From an uncultured Granulosicoccaceae bacterium (GTDB taxonomy: Bacteria; Pseudomonadota; Gammaproteobacteria; Granulosicoccales; Granulosicoccaceae), in contig CALHRQ010000107.1 in assembly GCA_938038175.1 (NCBI GenBank), positions 1-55,016 on the forward strand: 55,016 bases of DNA. Direction: 5' to 3'. The notes below the pieces were generated by a model. It had not been told where the DNA came from and did no database searches. It worked only from the letters and a program-made list of their open reading frames with translations. The position numbers and the translations under genes are program-made. Positions 8,260 through 17,784 of this stretch are shown here, piece by piece; the first letter of the stretch is position 1, and each line of letters begins with the position of its first letter.

Positions 8260-8889
8260 ATGATCGAACTTCTTACCATGCTGGATACGAAGGGATCATG
8301 TACCTCTCTTTCCCAAATGCAAAATAGCGGCAGCTTCCCGGCCGACAAGTCGTCATATAATACGACGCAAGTATGTCCCGCATGTAAGAACACAAGTAAA
8401 ACCTCATCAATGGATTGTTGGCGCTGTGGGGGTGCAAAAAAAATACGGAATGTAAGACAGGCCGAATCGCAACCTGCTTATCGTGCACAACAAATGGATG
8501 CTTCCTATGTGGCCAGCCTATGCTCTGGAATAGAAGAATATAAATTCTATGCTGGTTTGGTGCACATTTGTCATTGCCAGGATTCAGCCACAAAGCTGGC
8601 CTATTACATAGCACAAAATGTGCTATCAAAAAAAGCAGCGACGTGGAGATTGGATGCAGAAAAGGCTAGCGACAGAGTTGCTGGTATCGCCCAGGCAGCG
8701 TTGATCGAGCTTTCAATCTATCCGGACAAATTGAATCAAAGTAGCTCTGCCAAAATTGTGGGTGTTACAAGACAAAGTTGGAAGGAGACCTGGCAACAAA
8801 GACAATATGATATGTTTTCTCAGATGAAAAGCTGGTGTGACGATCTTGACTCACATATGTTGCGTCGACACCGTGGGGCTGGGGGTTGA
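8260..8889 (+). CDS. Q-like late antitermination protein
   Basis: CPAC/CWRC zinc finger plus AKIVGVTRQSWKETW helix-turn-helix; promoter overlaps its stop codon. Confidence 0.7.
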   Translation: MIELLTMLDTKGSCTSLSQMQNSGSFPADKSSYNTTQVCPACKNTSKTSSMDCWRCGGAKKIRNVRQAESQPAYRAQQMDASYVASLCSGIEEYKFYAGLVHICHCQDSATKLAYYIAQNVLSKKAATWRLDAEKASDRVAGIAQAALIELSIYPDKLNQSSSAKIVGVTRQSWKETWQQRQYDMFSQMKSWCDDLDSHMLRRHRGAGG

Positions 8890-8914
8890 CAGCCCTGCCA
8901 TGCAGGGATACTAT
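8886..8914 (+). promoter_or_regulatory. putative late promoter (pR'-like)
   Basis: TTGACA-N17-TACTAT; spacer holds CCCTGC-CAT-GCAGGG inverted repeat. Confidence 0.75.
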
Positions 8915-9333
8915 TTCCCTATTATGCCATTGCTGAATCTCGAGATTTACAGCTGAAGACTCGAGTCCTAACTGGGCCGTTCAAGAAAGAACCTCAGTAC
9001 ATCTATTTCAATTTCCGCGAAGCTCACGACCGCTTGATGAAAGGCGAAGATGTCGTTTGTTTAGCAACCGAAGACCGAATATCTCGAAGCGATGGCGTCA
9101 TTTATAAAAACTTTGAGCCGATTACACAGGCTCAGCTCATTGAGACATTTTCAGAACAAAGATTCAGGAACTGCCGTGAAAACGACTGACCCTTTGTTTC
9201 AAGCGCCCCGTAGAATAGGCCTGCTATATAGACTCAATCGTTTTTCTATGGCCAATTTGCATAGTTTGGCTGCTATTGGTGTTGTAGCGCTGCTAATACT
9301 GATAATTCTGAATGCTGCATTACTTGTGAAAGT

Positions 9334-9660
9334 ATGGTGAGCCCTATAATGCAGGATGTAACCTGCAATCCATTCGATTCAGAAGCACAGTTCCGAAGTG
9401 ATTGGCGCTATTTGCAAATCACATTTGACGGACAAGAGGTAAATCCCAAGCGTTTCTGTTTTGCATCGCGTGAAAATGGCTACATTGAAGCCTACAAATA
9501 CGATGAAAGTGGCGAGTTTGAACTCGATGCCGATACTGGCCAGCCCAATATCACACGCATGGATGGCAAAGTAGACATTCAGGGGTCTGCCAATTACCAG
9601 GTTTGTGGTGTCTGCCGTAAGAACTGGAAAAACAAAAACTGGTGGGAGATAGCAGCATGA
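9334..9660 (+). CDS. hypothetical protein
   Basis: ORF coupled to next gene; C-terminal CGVC. Confidence 0.7.
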   Translation: MVSPIMQDVTCNPFDSEAQFRSDWRYLQITFDGQEVNPKRFCFASRENGYIEAYKYDESGEFELDADTGQPNITRMDGKVDIQGSANYQVCGVCRKNWKNKNWWEIAA

Positions 9661-10397
9661 CAGCGGTAGGATTTATCCGAGATCTGGAGTGTTTGTTTAA
9701 ATCCACAGCCGACAACACGCGTATAGCGCGAATATTAAACGTTCGTGAAACGAGAGATTTGGCTCGTAGTGTAGGTGTTCCTGTACGCAGCAGTCCTTAT
9801 ACAAGAGAAGTTGACCTGATCGAGATGATTAGATTACAACTTCAAAAGGGTAAACAACCCAGAGCGTGCTCTGGTTGTGTGCTGTCTGGCCGCAGATGGC
9901 TAGCAGCTAATGCTGGAAGGCCTATAACACACAGCATCGACTATGAAGCTCTCGAAAAACTCACACCAACGGTTTCAGTCGATCTCAAGCGATTACTGGA
10001 CTTCATTACAGGCGCTTATGGAGTAAAGTTTGAACCAGCGAGGAACGTTGTTCCTGACTTCACTATGGATGCTGGCGAGATTGATAGCATGCGTGGTGGC
10101 ACGCTAGGCACGACTACAACGTTTGTCAGTCAATCAGATGATATTGACGTTGGAAAAGACCGCTTTATAAGCGCGCATATCCGCTTTGATACCATGGAGT
10201 TCTGGGATAGACCGTTCTTTTTCACAGTCTGTGCCCATGAGCTATTCCATTTGCTTGGTTTAGATCATGCGCCTGATGAAGTTCTAGCTGATTTGATGAA
10301 AGCTTTCTATCAAGGACCACTATTTATTAATCAGTTTGGCTTGTGGTCACACCAACAGATGCTGCAACGCTATGTGACTGGCACATTGCCAGCTTAA
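9657..10397 (+). CDS. metzincin (matrixin/M10-like) zinc metalloprotease
   Basis: AHELFHLLGLDH (HExxHxxGxxH) and Met-turn DLMKAFY. Confidence 0.85.
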   Translation: MTAVGFIRDLECLFKSTADNTRIARILNVRETRDLARSVGVPVRSSPYTREVDLIEMIRLQLQKGKQPRACSGCVLSGRRWLAANAGRPITHSIDYEALEKLTPTVSVDLKRLLDFITGAYGVKFEPARNVVPDFTMDAGEIDSMRGGTLGTTTTFVSQSDDIDVGKDRFISAHIRFDTMEFWDRPFFFTVCAHELFHLLGLDHAPDEVLADLMKAFYQGPLFINQFGLWSHQQMLQRYVTGTLPA

Positions 10398-10538
10398 TGT
10401 GTATACCTATGTTGCTACTATCTTTGCATGGCGTGTATCGGCAACCGGGTTGATGCTGTATCCCATACCACAAGCATATCCTACGTGCTCGGCGCTAATG
10501 TATAACAGCGACAAGGTGCCAGCAGCCAACGAAGACCA

Positions 10539-11147
10539 TTGCTTAGGCTCGGCTTAGCGCTGCGAAGAGTAGATCAACGCCGCTTTGACAGCTCTGCTGG
10601 AAGTAGAAAGGCACAGGTCATTCAGGCACAGACGGAATGTATTAATCAGTTAGTCCGCGAGGTCGCTAGGATTATCGTCGACAACCCGGAACAGCTTCGA
10701 GGTGAGTACGTAGACGAAATTAGGGCCAATACCAGGGTAGAGACGTCTGTTAGTGCTAGTGTAGCGCTGACTGTTGTCAGTGGCGAGGAAGCTTTAGGCG
10801 CATTGTTCGAGGCTGAGCCGGCCTATTTGCCTGACTTTGTGGCCGTACCCATACAAGACAACGTGAACCTCAGTCAGTTGGCAGAGTTTGGTGGTGAATT
10901 TGGTATAGGGGGCGAGGGTGGCAGCGTTCTTATAGGCGAGACGCGTTACCTTAACGTACCTCCAGGACAAGAAGGCGAGTTCAACAACGTACACGCTGGG
11001 CTATACGAGCAGTTGGAACGCATAGGCCCCAACAACAGGCTACGCATATTGATAGCCTACCTACCGAGACATCCAATAGCAGACATAGTGCGTGATAGGA
11101 TAGAGTCCGACTATATAGGCCTCTGCATGCGAGATAGGTTGCGATGA
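10539..11147 (+). CDS. hypothetical protein
   Basis: 202-aa ORF coupled to next gene; start uncertain. Confidence 0.6.
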   Translation: MLRLGLALRRVDQRRFDSSAGSRKAQVIQAQTECINQLVREVARIIVDNPEQLRGEYVDEIRANTRVETSVSASVALTVVSGEEALGALFEAEPAYLPDFVAVPIQDNVNLSQLAEFGGEFGIGGEGGSVLIGETRYLNVPPGQEGEFNNVHAGLYEQLERIGPNNRLRILIAYLPRHPIADIVRDRIESDYIGLCMRDRLR

Positions 11148-11413
11148 AAAGACGTAGTTTTCTACAGTTGGTTGGCTTAACCGCCGTTGCTACTTCCAAG
11201 CCAGTTTATAGCAGCCCTATGCCGCTACAATCAGCGGCTGAAATAGGCGCAACACAAAAACTTTTTGTTCCTGACGAGATATCTTCAGAGGAAGAGACGT
11301 ATGGACAATTAATTGTTGCCGAGAATGATGGCACAGATACACATGGAAATTCATATCTAGAAGATGATCACTTGATAGTCTTTCCTTGCGGTAGAGTGAT
11401 TTGTGTCACGTAA
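11144..11413 (+). CDS. twin-arginine signal protein carrying one fibre repeat module
   Basis: MKRRSFLQLVGLTAVA Tat motif; TYGQLIVAENDGTDTHGNSYLEDDHLIVFPCGRVICV. Confidence 0.75.
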   Translation: MKRRSFLQLVGLTAVATSKPVYSSPMPLQSAAEIGATQKLFVPDEISSEEETYGQLIVAENDGTDTHGNSYLEDDHLIVFPCGRVICVT

Positions 11414-11569
11414 TGCTCAAACATCGATTCTAGATCGATACGATGCGAGGCGCTTGGCACGATCTACGATTGGCAGCTAGTACCCTAGCGACCGACTTGA
11501 GATCGAGCCTTAGATAGCCACGTAGGGGCACAGGGGCACAGCTCGGGGATGCGACCCTGCATATATACC

Positions 11570-11670
11570 CTTTTAGGTACTTCCTGGCCGATATTACGTA
11601 CTACCCCTGGGGCGAGTTCCCGCTCTCTTAGTGATATATCTGCCAGAAAAACCCGTTTCGTTTCGCTTTA
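11570..11670. other. candidate cos/packaging initiation region
   Basis: Non-coding gap ahead of the MTase-terminase block of a GpA-type phage; AGGTACTTCC..., GTTTCGTTTCG; positional inference. Confidence 0.4.
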
Positions 11671-11691
11671 ACTCACACTCATGAGACCAGA

Positions 11692-12993
11692 ATGGCGGCA
11701 AAAAAGAAGGCCACGGCTAAAAAATCGGCCGTGAATAGTAAAAAAGGCTCCAAAGTGGCCAAAACTGCTGAAAAAGAGCCTCAGTTAGAATTTATCGATG
11801 TTGGAATGCTAATTCCATACGTCAATAATGCCAAAACACACAGCGAGGCGCAGGTTGGTCAAATTGCGGCATCTATCACAGAATTTGGGTTCACGAACCC
11901 GGTTCTGATCGATTCTGAAAATGGTTTGATTGCAGGCCATGGCCGGTTGATGGCCGCGCAGAAACTCGGAATAAAGCGAGTTCCTGCGCTTCGACTGGGC
12001 TATCTGACGGAATTACAGAAAAAAGCCTACATTTTGGCCGATAACAGGCTTGCAGAGGTTGGTACTGACTGGGATCTGGAACTATTATCAATTGAACTCG
12101 AAAGTCTAGATGTAGATGGCTTTGATATTGAGTTAACGGGCTTCGATAAAGACTTTATTATCAAAATTGACGATGAAAATCCGAATGACCCGGATTATTC
12201 TCCTGAATTGCCAGAAAATGCTGTAACACAGCTTGGTGATTTATGGTTGATGGGTGATCATCGTCTTTTTTGCGGCGACAGCACCCTGGTAGATAACGTC
12301 GCTGCATTAATGGATGGGCAATTGGCTGATCAATTGGTCACTGACCCTCCATATAACGTGCATTATGTGGGTAAAACGGCTGAATCTCTGAAAATTAAGA
12401 ACGATTCAATGGATGATGAGTCATTTCGGCAATTTCTGGCCGATGCTTTTTCAAATGCTGATTTGCATTTAAAACCAGGTGGCGTTTTTTACATCTGGCA
12501 CGCCGATTCTGAGGGATATAACTTTCGTGGAGCCTGTCGAGATGCAGGATGGAAGGTTAGACAGTGCCTGATATGGAAAAAGCAGACCATATTGATGGGT
12601 CGCCAGGACTACCATTGGAAGCATGAGCCATGCCTATACGGCTGGAAGGACGGCAGTGCTCATCTGTGGGCCGCCGATCGCAAACAAAGCACGATCTTAG
12701 AATTCGATCTACCGACCCGCAGTTCTGAGCATCCAACAATGAAGCCGGTAGAGTTGTTTGAATATCAAATACTGAACAACACAAAAGGTGGAGATATAGT
12801 GCTAGATTTGTTCGCTGGTTCTGGAACCAGCGTAATAAGTTGTGAGATTAACGGCCGGTTGGCGCGTTGTTTAGAGTTCGACCCGAAATATTGCGATGTT
12901 ATTGTTAAAAGATGGCAGGAATTTACCGGGAAAAAAGCCACATTACTCTCAACTGGTAAAACTTTTGATGAAGTGACGGAAAAACGTCAGTAA
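11692..12993 (+). CDS. ParB-N domain / DNA amino-methyltransferase fusion
   Basis: IAGHGRLMAA (ParB), TDPPY, HPTMKP, DLFAGSGT. Confidence 0.95.
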   Translation: MAAKKKATAKKSAVNSKKGSKVAKTAEKEPQLEFIDVGMLIPYVNNAKTHSEAQVGQIAASITEFGFTNPVLIDSENGLIAGHGRLMAAQKLGIKRVPALRLGYLTELQKKAYILADNRLAEVGTDWDLELLSIELESLDVDGFDIELTGFDKDFIIKIDDENPNDPDYSPELPENAVTQLGDLWLMGDHRLFCGDSTLVDNVAALMDGQLADQLVTDPPYNVHYVGKTAESLKIKNDSMDDESFRQFLADAFSNADLHLKPGGVFYIWHADSEGYNFRGACRDAGWKVRQCLIWKKQTILMGRQDYHWKHEPCLYGWKDGSAHLWAADRKQSTILEFDLPTRSSEHPTMKPVELFEYQILNNTKGGDIVLDLFAGSGTSVISCEINGRLARCLEFDPKYCDVIVKRWQEFTGKKATLLSTGKTFDEVTEKRQ

Positions 12994-12996
12994 TTC

Positions 12997-13479
12997 ATGG
13001 CTGCTCCGACACAGACTGTATCTGTTGATCAATTAGCCCAGGTTTGTGGCATTACATCTAGAAGATGTCAACAATTGGCTAAACAAGGCGTTGTTCACAA
13101 GACCTCAAACGGAGAGTACCTGTTTATACAGTCGGTCAAGGGATATATAAGCTTTTTACAAGGCAATTCCAACCAAGACGGAGAGTCGTCGACTGCAGAA
13201 CAAGCAGCAACACTGAAGAAGTGGCAAATTGAAAAAACTCGCAATGAATCTCGAAGGATTGAACTCGAGTTACTGAAAGAGCAGAACATGACAGTTCACG
13301 TTGAGACAGCGCAAGCAGCTGTTGCTCACTGCTTTGCCACAATAAAGCGTGCTAATAAAAAATGGCTTAATCGCATGCACTCAAAAATGCCCGGACTGCC
13401 AATATCAGTCGTAGAAGACAATCAACGTGAGTTAATCGAGTTATTTAATTCCTTTGCCGACCTCAATATCAGAAATTGA
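12997..13479 (+). CDS. terminase small subunit (Nu1-like)
   Basis: N-terminal HTH QLAQVCGITSRRCQQLAKQG plus coiled coil; directly upstream of large subunit. Confidence 0.85.
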   Translation: MAAPTQTVSVDQLAQVCGITSRRCQQLAKQGVVHKTSNGEYLFIQSVKGYISFLQGNSNQDGESSTAEQAATLKKWQIEKTRNESRRIELELLKEQNMTVHVETAQAAVAHCFATIKRANKKWLNRMHSKMPGLPISVVEDNQRELIELFNSFADLNIRN

Positions 13480-15520
13480 GTTCTGCGAAGCGGTCGATTG
13501 GCTTGCTGATCAACTTACAAGGTCGTTCAAAACAGAAGAACTGATTTCGTTTGTCCAGTTTCTGGATACGATTTTCAGGATGTCCCCGATCGCTTCAAAC
13601 AGCGAAGACGGTATTTGGGAGACCCTGCCCTGGCAAGTTGGCATCGCGCTGGTTGTAAGCGATCTGGATATTAGTGATGTTGGCATCCAGAAGCCGACGC
13701 AGCGCGGCATATCAAATATTTTGTTGGCTTTCGCTTTGTATGAGGCCTGCTTTCGTAAGCGAAATGTCGGCAACTGGCAGCCTCGTGATAAAGACGCTAA
13801 AACCTTTGGTAATCGGCATGTTGGTCCAGCGATCGATGTTATGCCAGAGGTCGCCAATAAGCTCATTACGAGGCGACATAAAGATCCTAACAACTCGGTT
13901 CAGTTCCGAGGGTTCCAAGATGCCTATTTTCAGGTATCCCCAGCCCAAAAAGATCAGGATTTTCGCGCCGATTCGATCGCAACTGCCGAAATTGATGAAG
14001 CCGACGGCATGCCTCTGCGAGTTCAGAAGGGTGAAGGCAATGAGCGGGGTTCTTCGCCTTTTGAATTAGTCAAAGGCCGCATGGATGCAGAAGATTATCC
14101 AAAATGCGTGGTTGTATCGACACCTCGTGTCCAGGGCAGCTCTAATATTGAAAACTACCTTTCAGAACTTGAGGTTGTTCTTAATTGGTACTTGCCTTGT
14201 CCACAATGCGATCGGCATCAGCGGCCAGTTTGGGGCGATGCGGCAGAAACGGGTGCTCATGGCGTTATCTGGGACGAAGTACATGCTGATTCAGCTTTGG
14301 ATGAGCACAGAAGTGGGCTGACCGCTCGCTATAGATGCGAGTTTTGCGATACAGAGTTCGATTTTCAGCAAATCCTTGAGCAAAATGAGCAAGGATATTG
14401 GGCTTCAGATACCGTAAAACTGGTCACCGAACCGTACGGTTGGGTGGATCCAGAGTGGAATAAACCGGTTGAAAAGCCGATCAGCGTTGGTTTTCAGTTC
14501 CCAGGGTTTTTTTCTGGAACGAATAAAGCGCTTTCAAATGGCGTGACTGGCTGGCTTCGTGCCCTAAGACACAAGAGACTAGGCGATGATAGAGCCTGGA
14601 TACGCTGGAAAAACGAATATGAGTCTGTCACGGTTGACCAGTCAACCGGTGCGATGCGGATTGACGGCAAGTCACTGCTTTCTTATCGCGAAGACTTTGA
14701 TCAGATACCAAATGAAGTCCAATATGTCGTTGGTTTCTGGGATTTAAACAATCGCCGGGGTTCCATGGGGATGTTTTGTGGCTTTGGCGCTGGAATGGAA
14801 TGTTGGATTTTGGAGTTCCATCACCTTAAGGGTTCACCGACCGAACACCGGCAGGAAATATGGAGCATAACCGAAAGACATCGCCAGCGAGTCAACGAGC
14901 GAAAAATTGAAGTCAGCGCTTGCATGGTTGACACCGGCGATATGATCACCGAAGTTCGTTTGATCTGTGATCGCAATCCGGTTCTATACATACCAACCAA
15001 AGGCTCCTCCATAAGAGGCAAGAATGCCTTCGAGTGGTCTGGAAATAACAAGCACAGTGAAGAATCACTGGGCATGATTGGTACGGACACGCTTAAAAAA
15101 CTGATTTTCACTCGATTGCAGCAAGATCGAGATGAAAGAGTTGGCAAGATTCACATTCCGATCGGTGAAGATTTTAACTTGGTCTTTCTCGAAGGTCTGG
15201 TTGGCGAAGAACTGGTTCACGTATGGCGTGATGGTAAAAACCCAGTTGAAGAGTGGCATCGTGTATCGGAGGGAATATGGAATGAGCCTCTTGATACTTT
15301 TGTAGGGTGTTATGCGGCAATAGATTATTTAGAAGCAGAGTTTGGTTTCTGTTTGCTTGATGAGCCCATCGTTGAAACGGAAGATGATGAGCCTTATCCG
15401 CCAGAAAATACCCCTAATCTGATCAGACAGGATTCAGACGACCTTATCGAAAAATACAGCGAGGCTAGTGATTTGGACGAATATGACGCAAGCTCGTTGA
15501 GAGATAAATATAGAACGTGA
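13454..15520 (+). CDS. terminase large subunit, lambda GpA family
   Basis: QKPTQRGIS (Walker A-like), IDEAD (Walker B), VSTP, CPQC/CEFC, VDTG, NEPLD. Confidence 0.93.
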   Translation: MPTSISEIEFCEAVDWLADQLTRSFKTEELISFVQFLDTIFRMSPIASNSEDGIWETLPWQVGIALVVSDLDISDVGIQKPTQRGISNILLAFALYEACFRKRNVGNWQPRDKDAKTFGNRHVGPAIDVMPEVANKLITRRHKDPNNSVQFRGFQDAYFQVSPAQKDQDFRADSIATAEIDEADGMPLRVQKGEGNERGSSPFELVKGRMDAEDYPKCVVVSTPRVQGSSNIENYLSELEVVLNWYLPCPQCDRHQRPVWGDAAETGAHGVIWDEVHADSALDEHRSGLTARYRCEFCDTEFDFQQILEQNEQGYWASDTVKLVTEPYGWVDPEWNKPVEKPISVGFQFPGFFSGTNKALSNGVTGWLRALRHKRLGDDRAWIRWKNEYESVTVDQSTGAMRIDGKSLLSYREDFDQIPNEVQYVVGFWDLNNRRGSMGMFCGFGAGMECWILEFHHLKGSPTEHRQEIWSITERHRQRVNERKIEVSACMVDTGDMITEVRLICDRNPVLYIPTKGSSIRGKNAFEWSGNNKHSEESLGMIGTDTLKKLIFTRLQQDRDERVGKIHIPIGEDFNLVFLEGLVGEELVHVWRDGKNPVEEWHRVSEGIWNEPLDTFVGCYAAIDYLEAEFGFCLLDEPIVETEDDEPYPPENTPNLIRQDSDDLIEKYSEASDLDEYDASSLRDKYRT

Positions 15521-16113
15521 AAAACTGCATCACGTTGATCGACAAAGCAGTCGACGCTAATGCGCTAGATTGCTGGCAAACTGCGAAAAACTTCACACAC
15601 GTTTTGGCATCAGAAGCGTTTGAGACTTTTCACTTGGATGGAAATTATCTTAAGGGTGAGCGTATCTGCTATGAAAACGTTGATTGCCGTTCTGTTGGTT
15701 GGGCAATACTACATGCCTGTGAAGAGTACGGGCAGCTGGATGCGATTATGCCTGTGCAGCCACACAACTGGGTACAGGAAGACTCTAATTTTTATCTTAT
15801 TCCGTGTTTTAAGATCGCTGAAGATCCAACGCCTAAAAAAGATGATAAAGATCAGGGATATGTACAGTGGCTCAAAGACGACCCATGTGGCTTTCTCGAA
15901 TACTTGCTTAACTGCCGAATATCGCGTGGAAAACCTTCAAAAAAAAGTCGCTCTGGATTCGGACGATCGTATACCTACGACCCTGGTGATGCAGAGCAGC
16001 TTAATAGGGATATACAAGTCGCTGCTAACCGCTGCAGAGCTTGCGACCCATGTAATCCGTGTCTTGACCTTGTTGGTTCAGGTCGAAGAAGCATAGCGAT
16101 CAAAGTTTGCTGA
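15517..16113 (+). CDS. gpW-like head-tail joining protein with Cys-rich N-terminal extension
   Basis: Lies between terminase and portal; GRSYTYDPGDAEQLNRDI resembles gpW; 13 Cys in 198 aa. Confidence 0.6.
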   Translation: MKNCITLIDKAVDANALDCWQTAKNFTHVLASEAFETFHLDGNYLKGERICYENVDCRSVGWAILHACEEYGQLDAIMPVQPHNWVQEDSNFYLIPCFKIAEDPTPKKDDKDQGYVQWLKDDPCGFLEYLLNCRISRGKPSKKSRSGFGRSYTYDPGDAEQLNRDIQVAANRCRACDPCNPCLDLVGSGRRSIAIKVC

Positions 16114-16116
16114 TAG

Positions 16117-17784
16117 ATGGTTAAAGAATACGTCTCATCCTTGGGCAAGGTGGGGGGCAGCTACCCGGCTGTGCAAAATCCAGAAGGTGTTTTTCCGATG
16201 ATGCCGGAAAAACACCGTCGCGCGGCCTCTGCTCCTGATTGCAGAATCCCTGATGACCGAGAAGCGCCTAATCAGGCCTGGATGCAAGAGCGTATTCCAC
16301 TCCTGACCAAGCTTCGCTATGTTTATCGAAACGATGAATATTTTCAGGGGGCAGTTGACCAGTTTTTAGACGCTGAGATCGGTGATTCGTACCGGTGTGA
16401 ACCAGATGTTGATGGTGATGCACTGGGTATACAGCCAGAGCAAAAGCACAAGCTCGACAAAAAGATCCTCGATCGATGGATGCTCTATTCTGAATCCAAA
16501 CGTCACTGGTCTGACGCAGGCAGAAAAAAAAGTGCGACTGGTGTTATTAGAAATCACGCCCGATCAGGTCGATTGCTTGGTGAGGCCATTACGGTTATAC
16601 GTTTTCTTGATCGAGAGAAGACGAATCGACCTTGGGGAACCTGTGCTCAACTGATTGACCCATTGCGCATAGACACACCGCCAGAGTTCCAGAATGACCC
16701 TGACGTCATCTCTGGTTTTCGAGTGAATGAACACGGTGAAGAGCTTGGGTTCTACTACGCGAACAAGTACCCAATTCACTCAGGTCTATGCCAAATAATA
16801 TCAGGCAACGGTAACATTTTGAATGCAGGTATCAAGTACGAATGGATACCAAAAGAAAATGAATTCGGGCGTGAAATGTACGTCCACAGTTTTGTTGAAG
16901 ATGAGCCTGATCTAGTCCGAGGCGTACCGCCTTCTGCTTCTGCTCTGCAGACGATGATCGATCTTAAAGATCTCGATCACACAGTGAATAAGCGCGCGCG
17001 ATGGACAGCAAAAATTGCAGCGGTTATCGAATCCGACTATCCGGATGCAGAAGATGTACTGATCAAGGACAAAAAAGGCAAAGTCCAGAAAGTACCGATT
17101 GGCAACTATATCCATGCTCAGGCCTGCAGCTGGGCGGGCGATGATGGATACATGTTTGATGATCTCGAAGGGAAAAAGATGTTTCCTGGCGAGAGAGTCA
17201 AATTCAATAATCCAATTGATGAAGCCACTAATCATTCAGAACACGAACGCTCACGGTTACGCAGGGTTGGTCGTTCCCAAGGTATGTCGACCGAGCAAAT
17301 TATGCAGGACTGGTCGAAAACAAACTTTTCTGGTCAGCGTGCCGGCAGCATTGCTTTTAATCAACGCGTTCGATGCGACCGTGGTGTTTATCCTGACCCA
17401 ATCGCTAATGCAATGTTGTGTGGGTTTATTGAGGAAGATATTGCTCAAGGCAATATTGATCTTCGAGAGTTTGGAATTGAAGGCGTCGGCGAAACCCCAA
17501 CTGATCAATGGATGTGGTTTGTTTCAGGCCATAACCGAGATTATCTGACAAAGAGTCGATGGTATGGGCCAGTTCGAGAAGAAATCGACGAAGAGAAGAA
17601 ACTCAAGAAGTACAAGTTGCTGCAAGACATGGGATATCTGCCAGAACAACTACTGGCCAATGAAGTGCTTCGCATGAATTGGATGGATTTACGACGTCAA
17701 TTGAAACGAGAAGAGCTGTTCAAAGAAAAATGCGATCGAGAAGCTGAGGAGCAAGCCGAAACCAATGAAACTGCTAGCGAATAG
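16117..17784 (+). CDS. portal protein, lambda family
   Basis: LIDPLRI, VRGVP, DWSKTNFSGQRAG, WYGPVREEIDEEK; position. Confidence 0.92.
   Translation: MVKEYVSSLGKVGGSYPAVQNPEGVFPMMPEKHRRAASAPDCRIPDDREAPNQAWMQERIPLLTKLRYVYRNDEYFQGAVDQFLDAEIGDSYRCEPDVDGDALGIQPEQKHKLDKKILDRWMLYSESKRHWSDAGRKKSATGVIRNHARSGRLLGEAITVIRFLDREKTNRPWGTCAQLIDPLRIDTPPEFQNDPDVISGFRVNEHGEELGFYYANKYPIHSGLCQIISGNGNILNAGIKYEWIPKENEFGREMYVHSFVEDEPDLVRGVPPSASALQTMIDLKDLDHTVNKRARWTAKIAAVIESDYPDAEDVLIKDKKGKVQKVPIGNYIHAQACSWAGDDGYMFDDLEGKKMFPGERVKFNNPIDEATNHSEHERSRLRRVGRSQGMSTEQIMQDWSKTNFSGQRAGSIAFNQRVRCDRGVYPDPIANAMLCGFIEEDIAQGNIDLREFGIEGVGETPTDQWMWFVSGHNRDYLTKSRWYGPVREEIDEEKKLKKYKLLQDMGYLPEQLLANEVLRMNWMDLRRQLKREELFKEKCDREAEEQAETNETASE

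Noticed and set aside
11692-12993. Plasmid partition system or restriction-modification system
   Set aside because: ParB-N/methyltransferase fusions before terminase genes are common in phages; no ParA or cognate endonuclease adjacent.
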